Positions 20,984 to 30,139 of a stretch of 51,222 nt of DNA are shown here, in pieces. Positions within the stretch are counted from its first letter, which is position 1, and each line of letters begins with the position of its first letter. The stretch is from the sequence record SRR31156797_8344; one strand, 5' to 3'. The position numbers and the translations under genes were made by a program. The notes beneath the pieces were generated by a model, which was given only the letters and a program-made list of their open reading frames with translations, was not told the DNA's origin and did not search any database.

Positions 20984-22060
20984 ATGGAAGAAAAAACATT
21001 TCAACGCATCAAAGAACTAACGGAGTTACAAGGAACCAGCGGGTTTGAACACGACGTGCGAGCGTATATGCGTGAAGCGATGACTCCATTGGTAGATGAA
21101 ATCCAACAAGATGGCTTAGGCGGCATCTTCGGTTTGCGTCACCACCAAGAAGCAGATGCACCACGAGTGATGTTAGCTGCTCACATGGACGAAGTTGGTT
21201 TCTTATTGACGACGATCACCGATCGCGGCTTATTCAAAGTCACTCCTTTAGGTGGATGGAACCCTTATGTGGTATCTGCTCAACGGTTTACATTGAAAAC
21301 AGCGAAGGGCGATTACCCATGCGTTTCTTCTTCAGTACCGCCACATTTGTTGCGAGGAAGCAGCGGTCAAAAAAATGTCGAAGTGACAGATATTTTGTTT
21401 GATGCTGGTTTTGAATCAAAAGAAGAAGCAGAAAGCTTTGGCGTACGTCCTGGCGATACGATCGTCCCACAAGTGGAAACCATCAAAACAGCCAATGGGA
21501 AAAACATCATCTCGAAAGCTTGGGACAACCGTTACGGCTGTGCGGTCGTATTAGAAGCACTTGAAGCCTTGAAAGAGGAAACATTAGGCCATACGTTGAT
21601 TGCTGGTGCCAACGTTCAGGAAGAAGTCGGCTTACGGGGTTCTCGTCCGTCTGTGACAAAATTCAAACCAGACTTGTTCTTTGCAGTAGATTGTTCGCCA
21701 GCAGATGACACAGTCACGAAAAATGGCACCTTTGGTCATCTAGGAGCCGGGACTTTGATGCGAATCTATGATCCAGGCATGATCATGTTGCCACGGATGA
21801 AAGAATTCTTGTTGGATACAGCAGAAAGCAACAACATTCCTTACCAATACTTTGTTTCAAAAGGTGGTACCGATGCTGGTGCAGCACACATGGCAAATGA
21901 AGGGATCCCAAGTTCTGTCATCGGTGTTCCTGGACGTTACATCCATACCCACCAAACCCTATTCAGTATCGCTGATTTTGAAGCGGCACGGGAAATGGTG
22001 ATTCAAGTCTTGAAAGGTTTGGATCGTTCCACTGTTGATACGATTTTGGCTGGACAATAA
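20984..22060 (+). CDS. pepA: Glutamyl aminopeptidase (M42 family)
   Basis: AAHMDEVG, KAWDNRYG, VQEEVGLRG, GGTDAG, RYIH; N-terminus MEEKTFQRIKELTELQG; start uncertain (20978 or 20984). Confidence 0.92.
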   Translation: MEEKTFQRIKELTELQGTSGFEHDVRAYMREAMTPLVDEIQQDGLGGIFGLRHHQEADAPRVMLAAHMDEVGFLLTTITDRGLFKVTPLGGWNPYVVSAQRFTLKTAKGDYPCVSSSVPPHLLRGSSGQKNVEVTDILFDAGFESKEEAESFGVRPGDTIVPQVETIKTANGKNIISKAWDNRYGCAVVLEALEALKEETLGHTLIAGANVQEEVGLRGSRPSVTKFKPDLFFAVDCSPADDTVTKNGTFGHLGAGTLMRIYDPGMIMLPRMKEFLLDTAESNNIPYQYFVSKGGTDAGAAHMANEGIPSSVIGVPGRYIHTHQTLFSIADFEAAREMVIQVLKGLDRSTVDTILAGQ

Positions 22061-22192
22061 GCTAGAACGAACGAAAGCAAAGAGACAGCAATCCGTTGTC
22101 TCTTTTTTTCTGCAGGGGTTCTGAGACCAGCATGTCAGTTGGTAGTCCCTGAAAGAAAGGTGTATACTTAAAGAAAAGAAAGTGGTGAGTAT

Positions 22193-22513
22193 TTGATTAT
22201 TCCAAAAGATTTAGCAGAGTTAGCAACATATGTGGAGAAAGGCAAAAATGTCTTCTTTTTCACCGCCGATTGGTGTGGCGATTGTCGATATATCAAACCG
22301 CAATTGCCTGAGATCGAAGCGGATTTTCCAGCGCTTCAGTTTATCGAAGTCGACCGTGATGAATACATGGATGTAGCGGTTGAATGGAACATTTTTGGTA
22401 TTCCTAGCCTCGTCGTTATCGAAGACGGCAAGGAGCTGGGACGGTTAGTCAACAAGGATCGCAAAACCAAAGAAGAGATCGAAGCCTTTTTAACCAGCGT
22501 ACAATCAGCATAG
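22193..22513 (+). CDS. Thioredoxin-like protein (YtpP type)
   Basis: WCGDC active site; TTG start with GGTGA RBS. Confidence 0.88.
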   Translation: MIIPKDLAELATYVEKGKNVFFFTADWCGDCRYIKPQLPEIEADFPALQFIEVDRDEYMDVAVEWNIFGIPSLVVIEDGKELGRLVNKDRKTKEEIEAFLTSVQSA

Positions 22514-22525
22514 GAGGGGAAAAAG

Positions 22526-22987
22526 ATGGAAGCACAAAGATATCAAAACATTTTAGTAGGGATCGATGGTTCAGAACAAGCGATGTCAGCCTTCAAAAAA
22601 GCAGTGGAAGTCGCTCGTCGAAATCAAGGGAAGGTCTATGCTGCAACGATCATCGATCAGCAAGTGCCGACCATGATGGGCTATGCACCTTTGGATAGTT
22701 CCATCTTAGAACAAGAAAAAGATACGGCGAAAAATCTGATCGACGACTGCAAAGCCTACGCAAAATCAGTGGATTTTGATCTAGTAGAAGGCATCGTCGC
22801 TTACGGCTCCATCAAAGACGCCCTTGCCACCCAATTACCGGATCAATACGACATCGATTTGATCATGGTGGGGCAATCCGGGCTGAACGCCGTGGAACGC
22901 TTCATGATGGGGAGTGTCGCCAGCTTCGTTATCCGTGAAGCCCGGTGCGACGTGCTGATCGTATCACCCGAAGAAACCAAAGCGTAA
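22526..22987 (+). CDS. Universal stress protein
   Basis: ILVGIDGS; GQSGLNAVERFMMGSVA; CDVLIV. Confidence 0.92.
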   Translation: MEAQRYQNILVGIDGSEQAMSAFKKAVEVARRNQGKVYAATIIDQQVPTMMGYAPLDSSILEQEKDTAKNLIDDCKAYAKSVDFDLVEGIVAYGSIKDALATQLPDQYDIDLIMVGQSGLNAVERFMMGSVASFVIREARCDVLIVSPEETKA

Positions 22988-23259
22988 GGTCATTTTGGAA
23001 AAAATAAGCTTGTCGTTGCCGTGTTCTTTTCCATAGTTTGCATGGTAGTAACAAGTGACAAAAGGAAGTTCCTGAGAACCAGCGGTTTTGCTCGCTAGTG
23101 AAGCATTGTCTTTAGCAAATGAGCAGTAGCTGGTTTTCAGGCTTTTTTGTCTTTGAAAATAACTAGAATTTCAAGGAAAACAAAGAAATTCCATGACGGA
23201 TGCCGAAAAATTTGATAAGATTATGGGCGGAATGTGTAAGTACCTAAGGAGGAAAAAAC

Positions 23260-23874
23260 GTGATTTTTGCTTATAACAAAGAATATGTCAGTGATACACT
23301 GCTTGCCATCACAGCAGATGATAAAGGATTAGAACAAACCGTCGAACGCAAAGGCAATGTTGCCCAAATCAAAAATGAAGAAGGTACGATCGTTGGCTGG
23401 AACTTTTTTGCGATCTCAGAAGTGATGACGATCGAAGGCCGTGGTCAAGTGACGTTGACGAAAGAACAAATCCAACAATTGAACACCATGATCAAAGAAG
23501 CAGGATTCAGCGAAGAACTGCCTGCAGATACGGAACCAAAAATCGTCGTTGGCTATGTGAAATCTTGTGTAGAACATCCAGACAGCGACCATCTTTCTAT
23601 CACGGAAACAGAAGTTGGAGATGGGAAAGTCTTGCAAATCGTCTGTGGCGCTGCCAATATTCGTAAAGGATTGAAAGTCGTTGTCGCAAAACCTGGCGCA
23701 ATGATGCCGGATGGCTTGATGATTTGGCCGGGGACACTTCGTGGCGTAGAAAGCTTCGGAATGATCTGTTCTGCTAAAGAACTACATTTAGAAGGTGCCC
23801 CAATGAAAAAAGGCATCCTTGAGCTGCCTCAAGATGCCGTTGTAGGTGAAGCTTTTCCAGTCGGTAAAGCCTAA
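23260..23874 (+). CDS. ytpR: YtpR-family tRNA-binding protein
   Basis: HPDSDHL, QIVCGA, GVESFGMICS OB-fold motifs; GTG start with AAGGAGG. Confidence 0.88.
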   Translation: MIFAYNKEYVSDTLLAITADDKGLEQTVERKGNVAQIKNEEGTIVGWNFFAISEVMTIEGRGQVTLTKEQIQQLNTMIKEAGFSEELPADTEPKIVVGYVKSCVEHPDSDHLSITETEVGDGKVLQIVCGAANIRKGLKVVVAKPGAMMPDGLMIWPGTLRGVESFGMICSAKELHLEGAPMKKGILELPQDAVVGEAFPVGKA

Positions 23875-23917
23875 AAAATGAACTGCCGCTTCCTGTTTTT
23901 GCGGCAGTTCATTTTTT
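23875..23917. terminator. Bidirectional terminator
   Basis: AAAATGAACTGCCGC / GCGGCAGTTCATTTT inverted repeat. Confidence 0.85.
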
Positions 23918-23941
23918 GATTGTTTCGATTGGTTTTGGTGA

Positions 23942-25246
23942 TTAGTTGCTGCTGTCTGTTGATTGTTCGTTGATCGATGTATCAACGGAAAGTTTTACTT
24001 CTGCTGTTTTTTCTTCATCGCCACGATAGAAGGTTACAGTGATCGTGTCACCGACTTTGTGTTTGTACAACGCAGATTGCAGATCCGTTGTGGTGCTGAC
24101 TTCTGTATCATCGATTTTCGTGATAACGTCATATTGTTGCAATCCTGCTTGTTCTGCTGGTGTTGCATTGTTGACTGAGTAGATCACAACGCCTGAAGTT
24201 ACAGATGAAGGAACTTTCAAGATTTGTTCTTGTTGTTGTGATGTGATTGAACCTAAATCAATCGTTTGGATCCCTAGTGCAGGGCGAACCACTTTGCCGT
24301 CTGCTTCTAGTTGATTGATGATTTCAACGACATCGTTACTTGGGATCGCAAAGCCCATCCCTTCGACACTAACGCCTGAAGCAGAGCCCGAGGTGCTGGC
24401 GATTTTACTTGAGTTGATCCCAATCACTTGACCATCAACGTTGATCAGTGGACCACCTGAGTTCCCTGGGTTGATCGCCGCATCCGTTTGGATCGCATTG
24501 ATACTGATCGTACCACCAGATTCGTTTTGGCTTGTTACTTGACGATTCAAGGAAGACACGATCCCTTGTGTCACAGAGTTTGCATAGTCAGAGCCTAGAG
24601 GAGAACCGATCGCGATTGCTGGTTCGCCGACTTTCAAGGCACTTGAATCGCCAAATGTTGCGGCAGTTGTAACTTTTTCAGAAGAGATTTTTAAGACGGC
24701 TAAGTCTGTGTAAGAATCGGTACCTACCAATTCAGCTTTGACTTTTGTACCATCTGCTAAGACAACTTCCAAACCATCTTGACCTTCAACTACGTGGTTG
24801 TTGGTTACGACATAGGCATCGTCGCCATCGATTTTGTAGATGACACCACTCCCTTCAGAAGAAGCTTCTAAGGCGCTGTCGTCTTCGCTTTGGCTATCGC
24901 CTTCACTTTGTCCACCTTGCTGACCAAAGAGGCTGTTCCAGTCGTTGCTTTGACTTTGTTGTAGATTAATGATGGAAACCACCGAATCTTGTACTTTTTC
25001 AACTGCCTCAGTGACATCGCTAGTCACATCAAGTTTTACATTGGATACTTGGGTTTGTCCGTTAGAATCTTGGACCCCGCTGTTGGTCGTGGTTTCTGGT
25101 GTTGAAGTCAAGGATGAACCCATTGCCAGATACAGACCGCCGAAGGTCAATAATCCGCCGACCATACCGCCTAAAATCCCAATACCTAATCGTTTTAATA
25201 AACCAGGAGAAGTTTTCTTACCTGGTGTGACATATTTTCTTGCCAT
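23942..25246 (-). CDS. htrA: HtrA/DegP serine protease
   Basis: TM anchor, TNNHVV, DLAVLK, QTDAAINPGNSGG, C-terminal PDZ. Confidence 0.95.
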   Translation of the reverse strand: MARKYVTPGKKTSPGLLKRLGIGILGGMVGGLLTFGGLYLAMGSSLTSTPETTTNSGVQDSNGQTQVSNVKLDVTSDVTEAVEKVQDSVVSIINLQQSQSNDWNSLFGQQGGQSEGDSQSEDDSALEASSEGSGVIYKIDGDDAYVVTNNHVVEGQDGLEVVLADGTKVKAELVGTDSYTDLAVLKISSEKVTTAATFGDSSALKVGEPAIAIGSPLGSDYANSVTQGIVSSLNRQVTSQNESGGTISINAIQTDAAINPGNSGGPLINVDGQVIGINSSKIASTSGSASGVSVEGMGFAIPSNDVVEIINQLEADGKVVRPALGIQTIDLGSITSQQQEQILKVPSSVTSGVVIYSVNNATPAEQAGLQQYDVITKIDDTEVSTTTDLQSALYKHKVGDTITVTFYRGDEEKTAEVKLSVDTSINEQSTDSSN

Positions 25247-25442
25247 TACTATTTCCCCCTTAATGAATAATTCGTTATAATCAGTATATTCCTTCTATCT
25301 GAGATTAGTCTACTAAGAGATTTTGAAAAAAATATGAAGAAGTTGCGTAAGAATCTGTTTCAAACGATGAAATTTTCTTCGCAAGACCCGTTCATTTTTG
25401 AATAAAAATAGCAGAGAAATCTGGGGAGGAGCAAAGGTTTTT

Positions 25443-25606
25443 TTATCCACAGTGTGTGGACAATCTTGATGGGGTTGGTTGGGTGGATGAAGAAATCATT
25501 GAATTGTCCCAGTTTTATAGATAAGATAGAAGAATTTCAAAGAAAGTCAAAGTGTGTAAAAGGTTGTGGATAGCATTGTCCACATTTTCATAAAATAAGG
25601 GGATAA
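25443..25606. promoter_or_regulatory. DnaA-box cluster
   Basis: TTATCCACA at 25443; 8/9 matches at 25455 (-), 25565 (-) and 25576 (+); weaker boxes at 25482 and 25598. Confidence 0.8.
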
Positions 25607-25619
25607 CGAGGAGGAACCT

Positions 25620-26099
25620 ATGAAAATCAAAATCGTCACAGTAGGAAAACTAAAAGAAAAGTACCTCGTTCAAGGAATCAACGAGTACGCCAAACGATTG
25701 GGGGCATACGCAAAGCTTGAGTTTGTCGAAGTACCAGATGAAAAAGCGCCAGAAACCTTGAGTGAAGCCCAAATGCTGCAAATCAAAGAAAAAGAAGGCC
25801 AGCGAATTTTAGCCAAAATCAAAGACACCGAATATGTCTTTGCCTTAGCAATCGAAGGCACCAATCCCACCAGCGAAGCCTTCGCCAAACAAATCGATCA
25901 ACTCGGCATCCAAGGAAAAAGCCAACTGACCTTCGTCATCGGCGGCTCCCTAGGCTTAAGCCAAGAAGTCATGACTCGCAGTGATGCCAAAATCTCCTTT
26001 GGCAAAATGACCTACCCCCACCAACTCATGAAACTGATCTTATTGGAGCAGATTTATCGCGCGTATCGAATCAATACGGGAGCGCCGTATCATAAGTAA
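25620..26099 (+). CDS. rlmH: 23S rRNA m3-pseudouridine-1915 methyltransferase
   Basis: [28 protein letters not shown]...PYHK; 159 aa. Confidence 0.96.
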   Translation: MKIKIVTVGKLKEKYLVQGINEYAKRLGAYAKLEFVEVPDEKAPETLSEAQMLQIKEKEGQRILAKIKDTEYVFALAIEGTNPTSEAFAKQIDQLGIQGKSQLTFVIGGSLGLSQEVMTRSDAKISFGKMTYPHQLMKLILLEQIYRAYRINTGAPYHK

Positions 26100-26164
26100 A
26101 TATCTTAAGCAGTATAATAGAAAAAATTAACCACCGGTACTACCGGTAAAAAGGAGCAACAACC

Positions 26165-26902
26165 ATGCGAAATATCAAATTAACGATTGAATATGACGGC
26201 AAGCGCTACTTAGGGTGGCAACGACTAGGAGATTCTGAAAAAACGATCCAAGAAAAAGTTGAAGGGGTCATCAAATTATTGACGGGAGAAGAAATTGAGA
26301 TCGTGGGTTCTGGTAGAACCGATGCGGGCACGCATGCTCGAGGACAAGTGGCAAATTTCAAGACGACCCATCAAATGAGTTTGCCAGAGATGCAGCAGTT
26401 CTTTAACCGCTATTTGCCGCAAGACATCGTTGTCAACAAGATTGAAGAAGTGCCTGAACGATTCCATGCACGCTATCACGCTAAAGGCAAGCAATACAGC
26501 TATTATGTTTGGAACAACGCGATCCCATCGGTCTTTGCTCGCAATACCAGTTTTCATTGCCCGCAGCCCCTTGATTTGGAAAAAATGCAGCAAGCGGCTG
26601 AGAAGTTGATCGGCACCCATGATTTTATTGGCTTTTCTGCGTTGAAAAAATCAAAAAAATCAACGGTGCGCACAATCGATGAAATCACTATCACACCAGA
26701 AGGCGACCTATTGCGGTTTACCTTCAAAGGCAACGGCTTTTTGCATAAAATGGTCCGAATCTTGACAGGCACACTGATTGCCATTGGCGATGGCACGCTA
26801 CCGCCAGAAGTGATCGATCAAGTGTTAGCCGATAAAGTACGACAAGCAGCTGGTGAAACAGTGCCTTCTCATGGCTTATTTCTAGATGAGGTGTATTATT
26901 AA
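26165..26902 (+). CDS. truA: tRNA pseudouridine(38-40) synthase
   Basis: EYDG, GWQ, SGRTDAGTHA, FHARY, GFLHKMVR. Confidence 0.93.
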   Translation: MRNIKLTIEYDGKRYLGWQRLGDSEKTIQEKVEGVIKLLTGEEIEIVGSGRTDAGTHARGQVANFKTTHQMSLPEMQQFFNRYLPQDIVVNKIEEVPERFHARYHAKGKQYSYYVWNNAIPSVFARNTSFHCPQPLDLEKMQQAAEKLIGTHDFIGFSALKKSKKSTVRTIDEITITPEGDLLRFTFKGNGFLHKMVRILTGTLIAIGDGTLPPEVIDQVLADKVRQAAGETVPSHGLFLDEVYY

Positions 26903-26944
26903 AAGAAACATGGTAATGGCTATTTAAGGAAAGGAGATCATCTA

Positions 26945-27703
26945 TTGATCACATTAAAATCCCCACGAGAGATCGAACAAATGAAAACTTCTGGTCGTAT
27001 CTTGGCAAGTATTCACGAGCAGCTACGGGAAAAAATCGTTCCCGGTATCACCACGAACCAAATCAACGCCTTTGTCCATCAACAGATAGAAGCTGCAGGG
27101 GCAACAGCCGCGCAAATCGGGTTTGAAGGGTATGAATTTGCGACGTGTATCAGTGTCAATGAAGAGATTTGTCATGGTTTCCCTTCAGAATATGTTTTAA
27201 AATCAGGCGATGTCGTCAAAGTCGATTTTTGTGTCGATTACAAAGGAGCAATCTCTGACAGCTGTTGGACATATGCTGTAGGAGAGATTTCGCCAGAACA
27301 TCAAGCACTGATGGAAGTAACGAAAGAAGCCTTGATGAGAGGCATCGAGCAAGCACAGGTTGGCAACCGAGTCGGCGATATTGGTTATGCGATACAAAGC
27401 TTCGCTGAAGAAAAAGGGTATGGTGTCGTGCGGGACTTTATTGCTCACGGCATTGGCCCAACCATTCATGAAGAACCATTCTTTCCTCATTTCGGGTTAC
27501 CTGGTAAAGGAATTCGTTTGAAAGAGGGCATGACGATCACCATCGAACCGATGATCACGACCGGCACTTGGCGCATGAAGATGGACCCAAACGGCTGGAC
27601 AGCACGCACGATTGACGGGAGCTATTGTGCCCAATATGAACATTCGATCGCCATCACCAAAGAAGGTCCAGTCATCATGACGTTGCAAAAGGAAGAAACG
27701 TGA
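26945..27703 (+). CDS. map: Type I methionine aminopeptidase
   Basis: CISVNEEICHG, HGIG...HEEP, TIEPM, AQYEH; TTG start with AAGGAG. Confidence 0.95.
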   Translation: MITLKSPREIEQMKTSGRILASIHEQLREKIVPGITTNQINAFVHQQIEAAGATAAQIGFEGYEFATCISVNEEICHGFPSEYVLKSGDVVKVDFCVDYKGAISDSCWTYAVGEISPEHQALMEVTKEALMRGIEQAQVGNRVGDIGYAIQSFAEEKGYGVVRDFIAHGIGPTIHEEPFFPHFGLPGKGIRLKEGMTITIEPMITTGTWRMKMDPNGWTARTIDGSYCAQYEHSIAITKEGPVIMTLQKEET

Positions 27704-27790
27704 ACATCACTTAATGTCTTTGAAAAATAACTGTGTGTAATTTCCGTAACATGAATACTTTCTACTCCCCCTGTGGAGGGTATAGTGTAT

Positions 27791-27889
27791 ATGATTTATC
27801 TATCGTTGGTTGTCGCACCAATTGTTGTTGGTATAGTCATCGAACTATTTTCTCACTGGTTGGATGAGAAAGACAAAGACGATAACTAA
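27791..27889 (+). CDS. fst: Fst-family type I toxin (32 aa; below the ORF-track cutoff)
   Basis: MIYLSLVVAPIVVGIVIELFSHWLDEKDKDDN: A-P-x3-G TM helix, Trp, charged tail; GGAGG at 27775; alternative in-frame GTG at 27785. Confidence 0.88.
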   Translation: MIYLSLVVAPIVVGIVIELFSHWLDEKDKDDN

Positions 27890-27934
27890 GCAAGTTGCTA
27901 TCCAACTCACATGCTAGCAGTCGCAACTAGCATA

Positions 27935-28008
27935 AACAAGGCGCTCCCTTTCGTCGCGGTTAGGGAGCGCCTTTGTGCTGTAGTGCTATAAACTTTCTAT
28001 CGTTTCGC
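27935..28008 (-). ncRNA. Antisense antitoxin RNA (par RNA II-like); ends approximate
   Basis: Minus-strand TGaTATAAT at 28023-28015; direct repeats of the toxin 5' region at 27981-28004; shared terminator. Confidence 0.7.
27938..27973. terminator. Bidirectional terminator of the Fst locus
   Basis: AAGGCGCTCCCT / AGGGAGCGCCTT perfect 12-bp stem. Confidence 0.85.
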
Positions 28009-28246
28009 AAGGTTATTATATCACAGGGAAAATAAAAAACTACCCGTGATATCCACTCGAATAGATAAAGAAAACCTAATAAATTTGAAATTTAATTACC
28101 TCTACTTCTATTTTCCGAAATATGGATGGTAACCCCCACTTGAGGTATTACCGTGAAAAAAATAGTCTATAGTGGGAGTTATTGTTTTCTCTTTTTTTTA
28201 AATAGAGAAAAATTTAAATTAGGTGTACATGTAAGTGATAAATTCG

Positions 28247-28400
28247 GATAAAGTAAACGACCCAGTATTTTCTGATAAAGCCATGGGTGACGGTTTTGCA
28301 GGTATTCCTATTGAAGAAATTGTTGGCTCCCTGATTAGTGGGAAAGTTAACTATTTTTTCGAACTAGCTATGCTATCGAATATAGAACACATGAAGGAAT
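28247..28400 (+). pseudogene. Fragment of a glucose-family PTS EIIA
   Basis: DKVNDPVFSDKAMGDGFAGIP...ISGKV signature; no start codon; frame lost afterwards. Confidence 0.75.
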
Positions 28401-28688
28401 AAGTAGGGGAGGGACAGCAATCCCTGTTGTTTACTACTTACTTGCATCCAAATATTGTTAATACCTAAAGTGTGTATCAACGTGGTTATAATCAAATCGT
28501 TTATGTCAGTCATTGTCCTGCAATTTGACATTTTGGTATACTACAAATTTTTATTAGCACAGCAGTGTAAACTTGTAAGAACAATTCTTTTTAAATGAAT
28601 TTAGGTGAATCGACCAAAAAGGATAATTATGTATATACTCTGTCGCAATATATGTTATACTATGTATATACAGAAAGAGGTGTCGCGC

Positions 28689-28952
28689 ATGGAAATGCTA
28701 CCTATAAAAAAATGGGGCAATAGTAACGGTCTTAGATTGCCAAAGTACATTATGGAGTATCTTGGCATTCATACTGATGACAAAGTGAAGATAATACAAG
28801 AAGAAGTAAACGGACATAAACGGCTAATCATCGAAGCAGCAAATTTAGAAAACGAGTTAACGATTGAAGAGTTATTTGAAAATTACTCTGCTGAGAAAAA
28901 TCATGTGGTAATTCAACATTTAGGTGAAGCAGTAGGGAATGAAAAATGGTAA
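28689..28952 (+). CDS. mazE: AbrB/MazE-type antitoxin
   Basis: KKWGNSNGLRLPK; GAGGTG RBS before ATG 28689; overlaps the toxin start. Confidence 0.88.
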   Translation: MEMLPIKKWGNSNGLRLPKYIMEYLGIHTDDKVKIIQEEVNGHKRLIIEAANLENELTIEELFENYSAEKNHVVIQHLGEAVGNEKW

Positions 28953-29296
28953 GAAAACCTAGACAAGGGGATATTTTGTTATTGGATACAGCTCCTCGTT
29001 CTGGACATGAACAAACGGGAAAAAGACCCTATATTGTTTTAAGTCATGACATGATTGCAAATTATAGTAACGTTGCCACCGTTGCTCCAATTTCTAGTAC
29101 AAGTAGAAATTATCCGTTATATGTAAGTATTAATCCAGATTATGGAATGAAGACAACAGGAAAAGTATTGTTGGATCAATTAACGACAATTGATTATGAA
29201 GCCAGAGCATGTGTTTTTTTGGAAAAAGCGCATGAGCACTTGGTTGATGAGTTATTGATAAAAGTTAGAACAGTATTTCAAAAAGTAAGTAGATAA
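28946..29296 (+). CDS. mazF: PemK/MazF endoribonuclease toxin
   Basis: PRQGDI...GHEQTGKRP, VAPISS, LLDQLTTIDY. Confidence 0.9.
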   Translation: MVRKPRQGDILLLDTAPRSGHEQTGKRPYIVLSHDMIANYSNVATVAPISSTSRNYPLYVSINPDYGMKTTGKVLLDQLTTIDYEARACVFLEKAHEHLVDELLIKVRTVFQKVSR

Positions 29297-29311
29297 AAAC
29301 AGCATGATCAT

Positions 29312-29475
29312 CTAATCGATGTTGACCATGCTGTTTTCTTTTATTCTATAAACGCTTTGTCTCGTAACATTATACTCCATTGCAATCTTTAAGATACTAG
29401 CTCTATTCCCGTGATCCTGAACGATACTTTTATAAACAAGGCAATGGGGGCGCTTTTGTGTTTGCACTAGCAGTC
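29312..29475 (-). pseudogene. C-terminal HTH remnant of a serine resolvase (Sin/Bin-like)
   Basis: LVYKSIVQD...ILKIAMEYNVTRQSVYRIKE; catalytic domain absent. Confidence 0.6.
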
Positions 29476-29611
29476 TTAATACTTTATGCTTGGCGATGTT
29501 TGAATTCGGCACGCTGCTGCTAGGCATCATTGCCAAAATTTCGACGATTGAGTCTTCGATAAATTTATCAAGGAATCTAATGAATGGAGGACTAGCCCAC
29601 AGCCGCTAACA

Positions 29612-30019
29612 TCAAACATCCCCATGATTGAGTTTGTCAGCCACAAAGGTTTCTACACTATACCTGCCCCATTTTGAGAGACTCTCTATAAATAAAGGGA
29701 AGGTTACATCTGTAAAATGACTGACCAAGAGATAACAAGCTTGACCCGAAACTTTATGAAAGACCTCAATTTCTTTGTATTGATTCACGAAGGCTTCAAA
29801 AGCTGTATAGCGATTTGAATCCATAAAAAACCGGATGTATTGCGTACTTGGGTAGTTTACTACAATACTAAATCGCTGAATGATTCCCTCATCTTGCAAT
29901 TTCAAGATCCGATTGCCCACGGCTTGTCCCGTCAGGTGGACCATTTCGCCGATTTCTTTGTTCGATAATTTGCTGTTGTGTTTCAGGATAGCTAGGATTT
30001 GTTCATCGATGATGTCCAT
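29612..30019 (-). CDS. Lrp/AsnC-family regulator
   Basis: MDIIDEQIL...EIGEMVHLTGQAVGNRILKL; AGGAGG RBS before ATG 30019. Confidence 0.88.
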   Translation of the reverse strand: MDIIDEQILAILKHNSKLSNKEIGEMVHLTGQAVGNRILKLQDEGIIQRFSIVVNYPSTQYIRFFMDSNRYTAFEAFVNQYKEIEVFHKVSGQACYLLVSHFTDVTFPLFIESLSKWGRYSVETFVADKLNHGDV

Positions 30020-30139
30020 AAGGGTTCCTCCTTTCATAATGAAAGTAAATTGACTTTATCTTTTTCAAGAGACACTTTGTTGTAGGTTCATATGTATTTA
30101 TACTGGATTATAACAAATAAGAAAAGAAATGGTGATTCT

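Noticed and set aside
26079-26099. rlmH 3' end as an occupied SCC-like integration site
   Set aside because: rlmH is followed directly by truA; I saw no second copy of the ...TATCATAAGTAA end and no ccr or integrase gene, so the site appears empty
23148-27732. TGTCTTTGAAAA(A)TAACT repeated at 23148 and 27715
   Set aside because: Short, AT-rich and flanking core genes; no mobility gene; likely chance
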